Shown here piece by piece: positions 1 to 11,645 of a stretch of DNA of 64,000 nucleotides. The notes beneath the pieces are model-generated. The model did no database searches. It saw nothing but the letters and a program-made list of their open reading frames with translations, and was not told the origin of the DNA. Location of the stretch: contig CAITVX010000014.1 of assembly GCA_903895995.1 (NCBI GenBank), positions 20,741-84,740 of the forward strand, written 5' to 3'. This DNA comes from an uncultured Actinomycetes bacterium. Lineage in GTDB: Bacteria; Actinomycetota; Actinomycetes; Nanopelagicales; Nanopelagicaceae. Numbering within the stretch: position 1 is the stretch's first letter; every line of letters begins with the position of its first letter. Made by a program: the position numbers and the translations under genes.

Positions 1-1050
1 GCGATTCATAATGCGCTCTTCGATAGTTTCAATTCCAATTTTGGAGAGAATCTCTAAGAAGAAGCCACGAATGACTAAACGTTTTGCCTCTGCCGCAGGT
101 ATTCCCCTGGACTCGAGATAGAAGAGTTGTTCGTCATCAAAACGACCAGTAGTAGAAGCGTGGCCCGCTCCGACGATATCGCCAGTCTCAATTTCAAGGT
201 TAGGAACTGAATCTGCGCGAGCTCCATCTGAGAGCAAGAGATTGCGATTGAGTTCGTAAGTATCAGTGCGTTCTGCCGCTGCACGGATAAAGACATCGCC
301 AATCCAGACAGTGTGGGCACCATCGCCTGAGAGAGCGCCTTTGTAATTGACGCGAGATTTACCATCAGGCAGATTGTGATCGACGTGAATTCGGTGTTCT
401 AAGTGTTGTCCTGAACCTGCGAAGTAGAGACCATAAAGTTCGGCAGAAGCTCCAGGACCCGCATATTCAACAGTAGGTAGTAGGCGCACGAGTGAACCAC
501 CAACGGTAACCACGACTGATGTAAAGGTTGCATCTCGACCAACGATTGCATGGTGTCGACCAAGGTGTACAGCATCGTTATCCCACTCTTGAAGAGTGAC
601 GAAGTGCAGGTGAGAGCCAGGCTCAAGGATCATTTCGATCTCTTCTGCGAAGGTTCCGGTTCCAACATTCTCTACGACAACTGTTGCATGAGAGTTAACG
701 CCGGCGCGAATAACGGTCCGAGAAAGTTGCGCACTCGAGCCACTCTCGCGCGTTAAAAAGATTGGACTCTGCGGAGCCGCATTCGCTGCAATTGCAAGAA
801 CGGTCACGCGAGAAGCCCCGTCGCGCACGCGCTGAACAACGAGATCATCGGTGAGAGAGTTTGGTGGTGTCTCAACAGAAGGTTGTGTAGAGATCGTGAC
901 CCCATCTGGCACTGAATGTGAACTCAGAGAGATGTGATCAGCAACGACAGTCGCAGCATCGTGCAGGCCCTTTAGCCGTGAAAGCGGTGTAAAACGCCAT
1001 GCTTCTTCTCTGCCAGTTGGGGTTAGATAATTTGTTGTCAGAGTCGACAT
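1..1050 (-). CDS. sufD: Fe-S cluster assembly protein SufD; the 3' end runs off the left window edge, so it is absent from the ORF track
   Basis: Manual translation from ATG at 1050..1048 gives [29 protein letters not shown]. Spot-checked internal segments (VTLQEWDNDAVHLGRHHAIV, GRDATFTSVVVTVGGSLVRL) are open, and the last in-window residues are RLVIRGFFLEILSKIGIETIEERIMNR. The start overlaps the sufB stop (TAATG). Confidence 0.85.
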   Translation of the reverse strand, partial: MSTLTTNYLTPTGREEAWRFTPLSRLKGLHDAATVVADHISLSSHSVPDGVTISTQPSVETPPNSLTDDLVVQRVRDGASRVTVLAIAANAAPQSPIFLTRESGSSAQLSRTVIRAGVNSHATVVVENVGTGTFAEEIEMILEPGSHLHFVTLQEWDNDAVHLGRHHAIVGRDATFTSVVVTVGGSLVRLLPTVEYAGPGASAELYGLYFAGSGQHLEHRIHVDHNLPDGKSRVNYKGALSGDGAHTVWIGDVFIRAAAERTDTYELNRNLLLSDGARADSVPNLEIETGDIVGAGHASTTGRFDDEQLFYLESRGIPAAEAKRLVIRGFFLEILSKIGIETIEERIMNR

Positions 1051-2483
1051 TAACCAACTGCCCCTTCCATCTGCATCTCGATGAGACGGTTGAGTTCAAG
1101 TGCATATTCCATAGGAAGTTCACGAGCGATAGGTTCGATAAATCCACGAACAATCATCGCCATCGCTTCATCTTCAGATAATCCACGTGACATGAGATAA
1201 AAGAGCTGATCATCAGAGATCTTTGAAACTGTAGCTTCATGTCCCATCGAGACATCATCTTCGCGGATATCAACATATGGATAAGTATCAGATCGCGAGA
1301 TCGTGTCAACAAGGAGGGCATCACACTTCACTGTTGATTTTGAGTGATGTGCACCTTCAAGAACTTGTACGAGACCACGATACGAAGTGCGGCCTCCACC
1401 ACGAGCAACAGATTTGGAGATAATTGTTGACGATGTATATGGCGCAGCGTGAACCATCTTTGATCCAGCATCTTGATGTTGACCTTCGCCAGCAAAGGCG
1501 ATGGAGAGAGTCTCGCCCTTGGCATGCTCACCCATTAAGAAGACTGCTGGGTACTTCATGGTTACCTTAGAACCGATATTTCCATCGATCCACTCCATGG
1601 TTGCACCCTCAGCACATGTGGCACGCTTTGTTACCAAGTTGTAGACGTTGTTCGACCAATTTTGAATTGTCGTGTAGCGAACACGAGCATTCTTCTTGAC
1701 AATGATTTCAACAACAGCAGAGTGCAGAGAATCCGAAGAGTAAATCGGGGCTGTGCAGCCTTCGACGTAGTGAACATATGAGCCTTCATCGGCGATGATC
1801 AATGTGCGTTCGAATTGGCCCATGTTCTCAGTGTTAATGCGGAAGTATGCCTGTAGGGGAATATCAACGTGAACTCCCTTAGGCACATAGATGAAAGATC
1901 CACCTGACCATACAGAAGTATTGAGGGCGGCAAACTTGTTATCGCCAACTGGGATTACAGTTCCAAAATATTCTTTGAAGAGCTCTTCATGCTCGCGCAG
2001 GCCAGAGTCTGTATCAACAAAGATCACGCCGAGCTTCTCTAGATCCTCACGGATAGAGTGGTAAACAACTTCTGATTCATACTGTGCAGCAACGCCTGCA
2101 ACGAGACGGTTTCTCTCAGCATCAGGGATTCCAAGACGATCGTAGGTATTCTTAATATCTTCAGGAAGATCTTCCCACGATGTTGCCTGCTTCTCTGTTG
2201 AGCGTACAAAATATTTGATCGTATCAAAGAAGATTCCAGTGAGATCTGAACCCCAAGTAGGCATCGGCTTCTTATCAAAGAGTGAGAGACCCTTGAGACG
2301 CAGATCCAACATCCACTGTGGCTCGCTCTTCTTAGAGGAGATATCACGCACTACAGCCTCACTGAGACCACGCTTCGCAGTTGTGCCGGCATCATCCTTA
2401 TCTGACCAACCGTATTCGTAGGTTCCAATGCCTTCTAGCTCTGGGTTGGCTAGTTCGATACGTGATGTTAGGTCACTGCTCAT
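1050..2483 (-). CDS. sufB: Fe-S cluster assembly protein SufB
   Basis: Motifs [13 protein letters not shown] and [25 protein letters not shown] moved the start to the internal ATG at 2483 ([18 protein letters not shown]), which overlaps the sufR stop as ATGA. The 64-codon N-terminal extension in the ORF track would lie inside sufR. Confidence 0.95.
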   Translation of the reverse strand: MSSDLTSRIELANPELEGIGTYEYGWSDKDDAGTTAKRGLSEAVVRDISSKKSEPQWMLDLRLKGLSLFDKKPMPTWGSDLTGIFFDTIKYFVRSTEKQATSWEDLPEDIKNTYDRLGIPDAERNRLVAGVAAQYESEVVYHSIREDLEKLGVIFVDTDSGLREHEELFKEYFGTVIPVGDNKFAALNTSVWSGGSFIYVPKGVHVDIPLQAYFRINTENMGQFERTLIIADEGSYVHYVEGCTAPIYSSDSLHSAVVEIIVKKNARVRYTTIQNWSNNVYNLVTKRATCAEGATMEWIDGNIGSKVTMKYPAVFLMGEHAKGETLSIAFAGEGQHQDAGSKMVHAAPYTSSTIISKSVARGGGRTSYRGLVQVLEGAHHSKSTVKCDALLVDTISRSDTYPYVDIREDDVSMGHEATVSKISDDQLFYLMSRGLSEDEAMAMIVRGFIEPIARELPMEYALELNRLIEMQMEGAVG

Positions 2484-3196
2484 GCGCGCGCTCCTGTAGT
2501 TGTTTTTTGTTGGGTCTTCTTTGGGATAAAAGTTGTGCATACTCCATCGCCATGAGCGATAGTCGCAAGTCTCTGGACGTGTGTTCCGAGTATGCGTGAA
2601 AAACTCTCGGTCTCTGAATCGCAGATCTCTGGGAACTGTGCAGCAACGTGCGCTACGGGACAGTGATGCTGGCAAAGCTGATCACCAGTCGGTCCAGTTG
2701 TTACCGAAGCGGCAAAGCCTTCATCTGATAAGAATGATGCAAGGGCTTCGGAGGTAGAAGTTTTTGAATCTTTATTCTTCATCGCAAGGGTCGCGCGATT
2801 TTCAATATCTGCTGCACGTTGATCGGCAAAGGCCTTAATGGAGTTTGAACCATTCTGTGTAGCGATAAATTTAAGTGCAGAGAGTGCAAGGTCATCGTAT
2901 GAATGTTCAAATGTTTCGCGTCCAAGGTCTGTCATCAAGAAGACCTTTGCGGGTCGCCCTCTCCCCCGGCTATCTAGCGCTGCTGCGCTCTGATACGGCT
3001 CGCGAGATGTCAGAATGCCTTCAGCAACGAGCGCGTCGAGATGACGTCTTATCCCTGCTGGGGTGATCGACAGGCGCTTGCCCAAGTCGACGGCAGTGGC
3101 CGGCCCGCCCTCGAGGATCGCCCGTGCAAGGCGGTCTCTCGTACGAGAATCTGGCTCAATCTTTTTCACAACAGAAGTGTTGCGTAATTCACCCAC
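2480..3196 (-). CDS. sufR: SufR-type winged-helix transcriptional regulator with a C-terminal Cys cluster
   Basis: N-terminal [47 protein letters not shown]-terminal cysteines [18 protein letters not shown]...GDGVC. Sits immediately upstream of sufBD. GTG start verified at 3196. Confidence 0.8.
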   Translation of the reverse strand: MGELRNTSVVKKIEPDSRTRDRLARAILEGGPATAVDLGKRLSITPAGIRRHLDALVAEGILTSREPYQSAAALDSRGRGRPAKVFLMTDLGRETFEHSYDDLALSALKFIATQNGSNSIKAFADQRAADIENRATLAMKNKDSKTSTSEALASFLSDEGFAASVTTGPTGDQLCQHHCPVAHVAAQFPEICDSETESFSRILGTHVQRLATIAHGDGVCTTFIPKKTQQKTTTGARA

Positions 3197-3258
3197 AATT
3201 GCCAGTCGAAAGAGAGGTGCCTCCCGCGTGGCGAGATCAGCGAGACTAGGCTTGCCTC

Positions 3259-4179
3259 ATGCGAGACCGCCACAACCCCAGCCTTCGATTGAAGAGCTTC
3301 ATCTATACCGCCTTGGTAGCCCTTCAGGCCGGAATCGTCGTCACCGGCGGCGCCGTTCGCTTAACCGGCTCAGGACTTGGCTGTCCAACCTGGCCACGCT
3401 GCACCCCAGGCTCCTATACCCCAGTTCCCCATCAAGCTCAGGGGACGCTCCATTCATGGATTGAATTCGGCAATCGTTTATTGACCTTTGTTCTCATTAT
3501 CTCGATTCTCGCCGCTGTTATCGGAGTGATGCGTTGGCGGGTGCAGTACCACGAGGGACGTGAACGTAGAGCGCTCAATTGGCTCGCGGCTGGACAACTC
3601 CTTGGTGTGATCGCACAGATCGTCTTGGGCGGCTTCACTGTTCTTACCCACCTCAACCCTGCAGCAGTCGGTGCCCACTTCTTACTTTCGATCGTCATTC
3701 TTGCCGCTTCACTCTCTCTGCGACAGAGGATGCTCCGTAAACCGCAAGCAGATGTATCAGGAACATCCAGAATTCTTATTCGCATCCTTCTCGGTCTAAC
3801 GGTAATTGTTCTCACTATAGGAACGGTTGTTACAGGTAGCGGACCTCATGCAGGAGATGCCAAGGCGCCTCGTTATCACTTCGATCCTCAAGCAGTCTCA
3901 TGGCTTCATGCCGATGCCGTTATTGCCCTGATCGCTCTTACCTTCGCCTTGATCTTGCTGATGCGTGCTACTGAAGATATGGCACACCGCTCATTCATCC
4001 TTCGACGAGCAATGCTCTTTTTCTTTATATGCTTAGCCCAGGGGTTGATCGGTTATATTCAATATTTCACCGGTTTGCCTGAGGCACTCGTTGCCGCCCA
4101 CTTACTCGGTGCTGATTTAGTGTGGCTCGGAATCTGGAATCTTGCTTACAGTGGAAGAGTTCTTACTCGGAGCTCTTAA
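3259..4179 (+). CDS. ctaA: Heme A synthase (COX15/CtaA family), polytopic membrane protein
   Basis: GGAVRLTGSGLGCPTWPRC motif and multiple hydrophobic helices with conserved His residues. Divergent from sufR. Confidence 0.85.
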   Translation: MRDRHNPSLRLKSFIYTALVALQAGIVVTGGAVRLTGSGLGCPTWPRCTPGSYTPVPHQAQGTLHSWIEFGNRLLTFVLIISILAAVIGVMRWRVQYHEGRERRALNWLAAGQLLGVIAQIVLGGFTVLTHLNPAAVGAHFLLSIVILAASLSLRQRMLRKPQADVSGTSRILIRILLGLTVIVLTIGTVVTGSGPHAGDAKAPRYHFDPQAVSWLHADAVIALIALTFALILLMRATEDMAHRSFILRRAMLFFFICLAQGLIGYIQYFTGLPEALVAAHLLGADLVWLGIWNLAYSGRVLTRSS

Positions 4180-4216
4180 TTTTCAGAGTTACTAAAAACA
4201 ATAACCAGGAGAGAAA

Positions 4217-6280
4217 ATGACTTCAGTACAACGTCCAACATGGACAGCCCTTGATGATAAGGCTGTTGCAATCTCTCGAGCCCTCGCAGCCGATGCAGTC
4301 CAGAAGGTTGGTAATGGGCACCCAGGTACCGCAATGTCATTGGCTCCAGTTGCTTACACTCTCTTTCAGCGCTTTCTCAAACACGATCCTAAAAATCCAG
4401 AATGGCTCGGGCGCGACCGCTTTGTACTCTCATGCGGACACTCTTCACTCACTCTTTACATTCAACTCTTTCTCTCGGGTTATGGGCTCTCACTCGATGA
4501 CCTCAAAGCATTCAGAACCGCAGATTCAGCGACTCCTGCTCACCCGGAGTATGGGCACACTAAGGGTGTTGAAATTACAACCGGTCCTCTTGGTTCAGGT
4601 ATTGCATCCGCTGTTGGAATGGCGATGGCTGCTCGTTACGAAAAGGGTCTCTTTGATCCACAAGGTAAGACAAATCTCTTTGATCACAATATTTGGGTCA
4701 TCGCATCTGATGGAGATCTCCAAGAAGGCCTCAGTGGCGAAGCGTCATCATTAGCGGGAACTCAAGAGCTCGGAAATCTCAAAGTTATTTATGATGATAA
4801 TAGAATCTCTATCGAGGGTGACACTCACGTCTCCTTCACAGAAGATGTGTCTGCAAGATACCGTGCATATGGCTGGAACGTTTTTGAGGTTGCCGCACTC
4901 GCGAATGGAAATGTGGATCGCGATGCTCTTGAACGTGCGATGGAGAAAGCAGAAGCCGCCACAAATCTACCGACATTGATTCGACTAAAAACAGTAATCG
5001 CCTGGCCTGCACCGAAGGCTCGTGGAACTTCTAAATCCCACGGTTCTGCTCTTGGAGCAGATGAGATTGCAGCAACGAAGATTGAACTCGGATTAGATCC
5101 TAAAGATACTTTTATCGCACCAGATGATGTCGTGGCTCATGCCCGGAAAGTTATTGAACGAGGCGCTGCCGCTTCTGCGAAATGGGAATCTGAATTCGCA
5201 ACATGGGCGAAGTCGAATCCAACCGAGGCAGCTCTCCTCTCCCGCTTACAGAAGAAGGAACTCCCCGTCGGCTGGGAGAACTCCCTTCCAATATTTAGCA
5301 GCGATAAAGAGATTGCCACACGTGCTGCTTCAGGAAAAGTAATCAATGCAATCGCGCAAATCCTTCCAGAGTTCTGGGGAGGTTCTGCCGATCTTGGTGA
5401 ATCCAATAACACCACTATCGAACATGGCGGATCATTCCTACCTTCAACCTCGCAGATGGCCGGTGCAGATCCTTATGGCCGCATCATTCACTTTGGAATT
5501 CGCGAACATGCCATGGGTGCGATCCTAAACGGAATTGCACTTCATGGATTAACGAAGGCTTTTGGCGGAACCTTCTTGGTCTTTGCCGATTACATGCGCG
5601 GTTCTGTTCGGCTTGCTGCAATCATGGATATTCCATCAACTTTTGTCTGGAGCCACGACTCAGTCGGTGTGGGCGAAGATGGTCCAACACATCAGCCAGT
5701 CGAACATCTCGCTTCACTGCGTGCGATTCCAAACTTTGCTGTTGTGCGTCCTGCAGATGCAAATGAGACAGCGATCGCATGGCGTGAAATCCTCACACGC
5801 CAGAAGCCAGCAGGGTTGATCCTCTCTCGTCAGAATCTTCCTGTTGTAGACCGCACCATCTACGCCTCCGCAGAGGGCGTAGCAAAGGGTGCGTATATCT
5901 TGAAGGATTCGGATGGAACTCCCGACGTTATCTTGATCGCCACGGGTTCCGAAGTTCAATATGCAGTCGCTGCACAAGCTCTCCTTGCCGCACAGGGTGT
6001 ACAGGCAAGAGTTGTGAGCGCTCCCTGTATTGAATGGTTTAATCAAGGCAGCGATAGCTACCGTGAATCAGTTCTCCCATCACCGATTCGCGCGCGAGTA
6101 AGTATTGAAGCTGGAATCGCCCAAGGATGGCGTGAAATGATCGGTGACTGCGGTGTTGCCATCTCTCTCGAACATTATGGCGCCTCTGCTGCAGCTGGTC
6201 ATCTCTTCAAAGAATATGGATTCACACCTGAGAACGTTGTCAGCGCTGCACTCAGTTCAATCAAGAAAGCCAGCCGCTAA
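4217..6280 (+). CDS. tkt: Transketolase
   Basis: 687 aa. Motifs GNGHPGTAMSLAPVAY, DGDLQEG and GEDGPTHQPVEHLASLRAIPN. AGGAGAG Shine-Dalgarno sequence upstream. Confidence 0.96.
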   Translation: MTSVQRPTWTALDDKAVAISRALAADAVQKVGNGHPGTAMSLAPVAYTLFQRFLKHDPKNPEWLGRDRFVLSCGHSSLTLYIQLFLSGYGLSLDDLKAFRTADSATPAHPEYGHTKGVEITTGPLGSGIASAVGMAMAARYEKGLFDPQGKTNLFDHNIWVIASDGDLQEGLSGEASSLAGTQELGNLKVIYDDNRISIEGDTHVSFTEDVSARYRAYGWNVFEVAALANGNVDRDALERAMEKAEAATNLPTLIRLKTVIAWPAPKARGTSKSHGSALGADEIAATKIELGLDPKDTFIAPDDVVAHARKVIERGAAASAKWESEFATWAKSNPTEAALLSRLQKKELPVGWENSLPIFSSDKEIATRAASGKVINAIAQILPEFWGGSADLGESNNTTIEHGGSFLPSTSQMAGADPYGRIIHFGIREHAMGAILNGIALHGLTKAFGGTFLVFADYMRGSVRLAAIMDIPSTFVWSHDSVGVGEDGPTHQPVEHLASLRAIPNFAVVRPADANETAIAWREILTRQKPAGLILSRQNLPVVDRTIYASAEGVAKGAYILKDSDGTPDVILIATGSEVQYAVAAQALLAAQGVQARVVSAPCIEWFNQGSDSYRESVLPSPIRARVSIEAGIAQGWREMIGDCGVAISLEHYGASAAAGHLFKEYGFTPENVVSAALSSIKKASR

Positions 6281-6283
6281 TTA

Positions 6284-7831
6284 ATGACGATTCAGATATC
6301 TGGTTCGCGAGCTGAAAATTCTCACTCTGCGCTCTACAAAGAACTCTTAGACTCCACCTCTCGACTTGTGGCGAAGGATCCGACTCTGTGGGGTCACGAT
6401 GCAGAGGCAGAGGCGGTGATACGTCTGAATTGGATCGACCTCCCGCTCTCTTCTATGGCACTTCTACCCGAGCTCAATGAGTTGGTGTCATGGGCTAAGG
6501 AATCTGCACTCACCAATGTCATCCTCTGCGGAATGGGTGGTTCATCTCTCGCTCCAGAAGTCATCGCTAAGAGCTACAAGAAAGCGCTCACTGTTCTTGA
6601 TACGACCGACCCTGATCAGATTCGCGCCGCTATTCCTGCATCACTACGTAATACCGTGATCGTGGTTGGTTCAAAATCTGGTTCAACAGTGGAGACTGCC
6701 TCACAGAAAGCACTCTTTGAGAAGTTGCTTGCAGATCAAGGGCTAGCAGCATCGGCGCACATAGTGATCGTGACAGATCCTCTCTCGCCTTTGGACCAAT
6801 CATCTCGCTCCCAAGGTCTACGCACAATCAATGCAGAACCTCATGTTGGCGGTCGCTACAGCGCACTCAGTGCATTTGGTCTTGTACCTGCAGCTCTTAT
6901 GGGAGTCGATGTTGCATCGCTGCTCAATGATGCCCAAGTGGCCGCGAAAACTTTTACAGAGCCGAATTCACCAGCGGTACTTCTCGCTACCGCACTCTTT
7001 GAAGCGGGCGAGCAGAACATTGCCTTCTGCGATACTGGTTCACAGACTCCAGGGCTCTCTGATTGGATCGAACAACTTGTTGCTGAATCTACGGGAAAGA
7101 ATGAACGAGGTCGCCTTCCAATAGTTCTTGAAGCTGCGGACTCCCCTGTTTCTGGTCCGCATCTACTCATCGGCTTAGCTGCAGATCATTCCCATCATGC
7201 AGATCTGGTGGTTACTGCAACTCTCGGCGAACAATTTATCTTGTGGGAGTGGGTAACAGCTCTACTGAGTATCGCTCTCAGAGTTGATCCATTTAACCAA
7301 CCCAATGTGACTGAAGCGAAGGAGCGTACTAACGCGATTCTTGCGCAGTGGGCCAATGGTGATAAGGATGAGCTCACGCCATCCTATGAAGATGAGAATC
7401 TTGCAATCTATTCAGGATCGAAAGCTTCATCTCTCATTGATCAATTCGATGCAATCCTTGCGAACCCATCTCATTACATCGCGATCATGGCCTATCTTGC
7501 ACGCGGTATCGATGACGAGATTGCACAATCACGTTCACTCATTGCCAAAAAATCAGGCCGTGGAACAACCTTTGGTTGGGGTCCGCGCTTCTTACACTCA
7601 ACAGGGCAGTTCCATAAGGGTGGTCAACAGAATGGACTCTTCATTCAAATTACGGGAGAGAACAGAAGCGACCTTGAAATCCCAGGTAGAGAATTTACAT
7701 TCCATACGCTCTTAATGGCTCAAGCGCTCGGAGATGGTCAGGCTTTAGCCGATCGAAATTTCCCGCTGATGAGGATTCATCTGAAGAATCGTGAAGCAGG
7801 TATCGCAGCGATCATCGCTGCGCTTCAATAA
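6284..7831 (+). CDS. pgi: Glucose-6-phosphate isomerase (SIS-domain PGI family)
   Basis: Motifs ILCGMGGSSLAPEV, VVGSKSGSTVET and GGRYSALSAFGLVPAAL. Starts 3 nt after the tkt stop. Confidence 0.8.
   Translation: MTIQISGSRAENSHSALYKELLDSTSRLVAKDPTLWGHDAEAEAVIRLNWIDLPLSSMALLPELNELVSWAKESALTNVILCGMGGSSLAPEVIAKSYKKALTVLDTTDPDQIRAAIPASLRNTVIVVGSKSGSTVETASQKALFEKLLADQGLAASAHIVIVTDPLSPLDQSSRSQGLRTINAEPHVGGRYSALSAFGLVPAALMGVDVASLLNDAQVAAKTFTEPNSPAVLLATALFEAGEQNIAFCDTGSQTPGLSDWIEQLVAESTGKNERGRLPIVLEAADSPVSGPHLLIGLAADHSHHADLVVTATLGEQFILWEWVTALLSIALRVDPFNQPNVTEAKERTNAILAQWANGDKDELTPSYEDENLAIYSGSKASSLIDQFDAILANPSHYIAIMAYLARGIDDEIAQSRSLIAKKSGRGTTFGWGPRFLHSTGQFHKGGQQNGLFIQITGENRSDLEIPGREFTFHTLLMAQALGDGQALADRNFPLMRIHLKNREAGIAAIIAALQ
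7804..7822. terminator. 19-nt perfect palindrome (CGCAGCGAT-C-ATCGCTGCG) in the last codons of pgi; candidate terminator hairpin at the pgi/rbpA convergent junction
   Basis: Read directly from the sequence. The 9-bp arms are followed on the plus strand by the A/U-rich stretch CTTCAATAATTACTCG. The pgi and rbpA stop codons are directly adjacent (TAATTA at 7829..7834), so no intergenic terminator is possible. Confidence 0.35.
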
Positions 7832-8173
7832 TTACTCGTCTTCTCCGCGAAGTTTTGCAAGTGCATCACCAAGAATTTTTACTGCCTCTGCCTCGGAGCG
7901 ACGCTCTTTTACATATGCTAAGTGAGTCTTGTATGGCTCGTTCTTAACAGGGCGAGGTGGCTTGTTCTTATCAAGACCTGCTGGGTAACCACAACGCGGG
8001 CAATCCCACTCTGCAGGAATCTGAACAGTTCCATCTTCAGCGAATGATGGACGGGTCTCGTGACCATTTGCGCACCAGTATGAGACTCGGAAACGAGCAA
8101 TTGCCTCGCCACGCTCTGCCTCACCCATTGGGCCTGCACCGACGCGACTTCCGCGGATTGCACTACCTGACAT
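7832..8173 (-). CDS. rbpA: RNA polymerase-binding protein RbpA
   Basis: 113 aa. Motifs VSYWCANGHETRPSF...WDCPRCG and KTHLAYVKERRS, as in actinobacterial RbpA. Confidence 0.9.
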   Translation of the reverse strand: MSGSAIRGSRVGAGPMGEAERGEAIARFRVSYWCANGHETRPSFAEDGTVQIPAEWDCPRCGYPAGLDKNKPPRPVKNEPYKTHLAYVKERRSEAEAVKILGDALAKLRGEDE

Positions 8174-8185
8174 GATCGAACCCCT

Positions 8186-8416
8186 TTATTTCTTTAATAC
8201 GAGTGAGAGTGCTACAACGCCAGCGAACCAGAGGCCGCCGACAACGATCGTGATGCGATCAAGATTCTTCTCAACAACCGATGATCCACCATAGTTAGAG
8301 GAGACGCCTCCGCCGAAAAGATCCGAGAGTCCAGATCCCTTACCTTTATGCAAGAGCACAAGAAGAACCATCAAGACGCTTGTGATGACGAGAATAATTG
8401 AGAGAGCCAGGATCAC
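8186..8416 (-). CDS. secG: Preprotein translocase subunit SecG
   Basis: 76 aa with two hydrophobic helices and the motif LLHKGKGSGLSDLFGGG. GTG start verified, with an AAGGAG SD upstream. Confidence 0.9.
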   Translation of the reverse strand: MILALSIILVITSVLMVLLVLLHKGKGSGLSDLFGGGVSSNYGGSSVVEKNLDRITIVVGGLWFAGVVALSLVLKK

Positions 8417-8521
8417 AGAGGAACTCCTTTATAGATTTCGATAGAGCGAATATATCGTGGACCGGTTACTGCAATGGCTAAGGATAGCGCCCGTAAGCCC
8501 TTGATCTACCCCTTTTTGAGC

Positions 8522-9295
8522 TTAAGCAACCCGGTAGAACTTGGCTATTCGTGCGAATTCCTCAGGATCTAGGCTCGCTCCGCCGACAAGAACGCCGTCA
8601 ACGTCAGCCTGACGCATGATATCAACGATATTTGCTGACTTCACAGAACCGCCATAAAGAATACGTGCGGCTTCTGCAATCTCATCGCTGCCGATCTTTG
8701 CAAGTTCAACACGAATCGCGGCGCAGACCTCTTGAGCATCTTCAGGTGTTGCAGTCTTTCCAGTACCGATCGCCCAAACAGGCTCGTAGGCAAAGACAAT
8801 CTTCTTTAAATCAGGCTTATGTAATCCCTTAAGACCATTTCTTAGCTGATTAAGTACATGCGCTACATGGGTGCCTGCTTCACGAATCGGAAGTTCTTCG
8901 CCGATGCAGAAGATCGGAATAATCTCGTTCGTTAAAGCTGCCTTCAGCTTTCTGTTGAGAAGCTCATCGCTCTCTCCATGGATTGCACGTCGTTCTGAGT
9001 GTCCTACAGCAACATATGTGCAGCCAAGCTTTGCGAGCATACTTCCCGAGATATCACCTGTAAATGCACCAGAGACATCAGGTGAGAGATCTTGCGCTCC
9101 ATAGGTAAGTCGGAGTCGATCGCCATCAACCAGAGTTTGAACTGAGCGGATATCAGTGAATGGCGGAAGGATGGTGATATCGACCGCTTCATAATCCTTC
9201 TCTTCTAGCGAGTAGGAGAGCTTCTGTGTGACGGCAATCGCCTCGAGATGATTGAGATTCATCTTCCAGTTTCCTGCGATAAGCGGCTTGCGCAT
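8522..9295 (-). CDS. tpiA: Triose-phosphate isomerase
   Basis: Motifs [17 protein letters not shown] and [14 protein letters not shown]. Confidence 0.96.
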   Translation of the reverse strand: MRKPLIAGNWKMNLNHLEAIAVTQKLSYSLEEKDYEAVDITILPPFTDIRSVQTLVDGDRLRLTYGAQDLSPDVSGAFTGDISGSMLAKLGCTYVAVGHSERRAIHGESDELLNRKLKAALTNEIIPIFCIGEELPIREAGTHVAHVLNQLRNGLKGLHKPDLKKIVFAYEPVWAIGTGKTATPEDAQEVCAAIRVELAKIGSDEIAEAARILYGGSVKSANIVDIMRQADVDGVLVGGASLDPEEFARIAKFYRVA

Positions 9296-9321
9296 TTCTA
9301 CTCCTTAGACCCTCAAATGAA

Positions 9322-10497
9322 TTAAGCGAGAACGGAAATTCCGGGAAGTTCTTTACCTTCTAGATACTCGAGAGAGGCGCCTCCGCCAGTCGAAATATAT
9401 CCAAAATCTGAATCGGCAAAACCAAGTTTTCTTACAGCAGCAGCTGAGTCTCCCCCACCTACGACTGAAATGCCAGTTACCTGGGTGAGCGCCTGTGCAA
9501 CGACCTTTGTGCCAACGGCGAAGTTAGGAAATTCAAAGACTCCCATAGGACCATTCCAGAATACAGTCTTGCACTCTACGATCGCCGCTGCGAAAGCTGC
9601 TGCACTCACAGGTCCAATATCTAAGCCCATCTGATCGGCAGGGATCGAGTCAGCTCCAACTATCGTGGGAGTTGCATCTGCAGCAAAGGCAGGAGCAACC
9701 ACAATATCGGTTGGCAGAAGAAGTGTGACGCTTAATTTTTCTGCACGAGCCATCAACTCTTTAACGGTCGGAATAAGATCAACTTCTACGAGTGACTTTC
9801 CAATTTCATATCCCTGCGCAGCTAAGAAGGTGAAGAGCATTCCTCCACCGATGGCCATCACATTGACCTTATCGAGAAGATTTTCAATAACACCAATCTT
9901 GTCAGAGACTTTAGATCCACCCAGCACGACGCCATAAGGGCGTTGTGGGTTCTGAGTAAGTTTCTTCAAAACATCAATCTCAGCTGCAACAAGATAACCC
10001 GGTGCATGAGGCAGAAGTTTCGCAACATCGTAGACAGATGCATGCTTGCGGTGCACCGCGCCAAAGCCATCTGAGATAAAGATATCTGCGTAGGCAGCTA
10101 GCTCTTTCGCAAGAGTCGTCCGTTCTGATTCATCTTTACTTGTCTCTGCGCCTTCGTAACGAATATTTTCTATGAGGACTACTTCCCCAGCCTTAACGTT
10201 CTTCGCCTCAATGGATCCAATGATCTCTTGTGAGAATGTGACTTTCATATCGAGTAAGTCACCCAGGCGATGAGCAACAGGTGCAAGTGATAGTTCTGCT
10301 TTGCGCTCTCCCTTTGGCCGACCAAGGTGAGCGGTGATAATGACCGCCGCCCCTTGGCTGACTAAATATTGAATTGTAGGAAGTGATGCCCGAATGCGTC
10401 CGTCATCAGTAATGACCCCATCCTTGATAGGAACATTGAGATCACAGCGAAGAAGTACTCGCTTTCCTGCATAATCAAAAGATTGAAGAGAGTTCAT
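9322..10497 (-). CDS. pgk: Phosphoglycerate kinase
   Basis: Motifs LLRCDLNVP, ITAHLGRPKG and GGGDSAAAV. I moved the start to ATG at 10497 (MNSLQSFDYAGKRV); the ORF-track extension would overlap the end of gap. Confidence 0.95.
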   Translation of the reverse strand: MNSLQSFDYAGKRVLLRCDLNVPIKDGVITDDGRIRASLPTIQYLVSQGAAVIITAHLGRPKGERKAELSLAPVAHRLGDLLDMKVTFSQEIIGSIEAKNVKAGEVVLIENIRYEGAETSKDESERTTLAKELAAYADIFISDGFGAVHRKHASVYDVAKLLPHAPGYLVAAEIDVLKKLTQNPQRPYGVVLGGSKVSDKIGVIENLLDKVNVMAIGGGMLFTFLAAQGYEIGKSLVEVDLIPTVKELMARAEKLSVTLLLPTDIVVAPAFAADATPTIVGADSIPADQMGLDIGPVSAAAFAAAIVECKTVFWNGPMGVFEFPNFAVGTKVVAQALTQVTGISVVGGGDSAAAVRKLGFADSDFGYISTGGGASLEYLEGKELPGISVLA

Positions 10498-10508
10498 AGA
10501 GGCGCTCG

Positions 10509-11543
<1,035 letters not shown>

Positions 11544-11645
11544 CTAAGTTTTCGTCGGATAGCTACGAGCTAGGTGCGAGCGAGATATACAAATGAATCC
11601 GCTCCGAGCCACAACATTGTGATGCTGAAGTCTATCAGGACTCAA

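Noticed and set aside
2484-2675. N-terminal extensions in the ORF track for sufB. The same applies to pgk 10498..10566, livG 29269..29325, livM 30311..30409, livK 32597..32674, hisB 51373..51489 and rluD 58398..58442.
   Set aside because: The extensions overlap the upstream gene or add non-homologous Arg/Cys-rich residues. The internal ATGs give canonical N-termini and ATGA/TAATG-type junctions or proper SD spacing.
3197-3258. A SufR operator in the sufR/ctaA divergent spacer
   Set aside because: Only a trivial GAGG-TG-CCTC mini-palindrome is present. There is no convincing inverted repeat, and I do not know a reliable actinobacterial SufR consensus to compare against.
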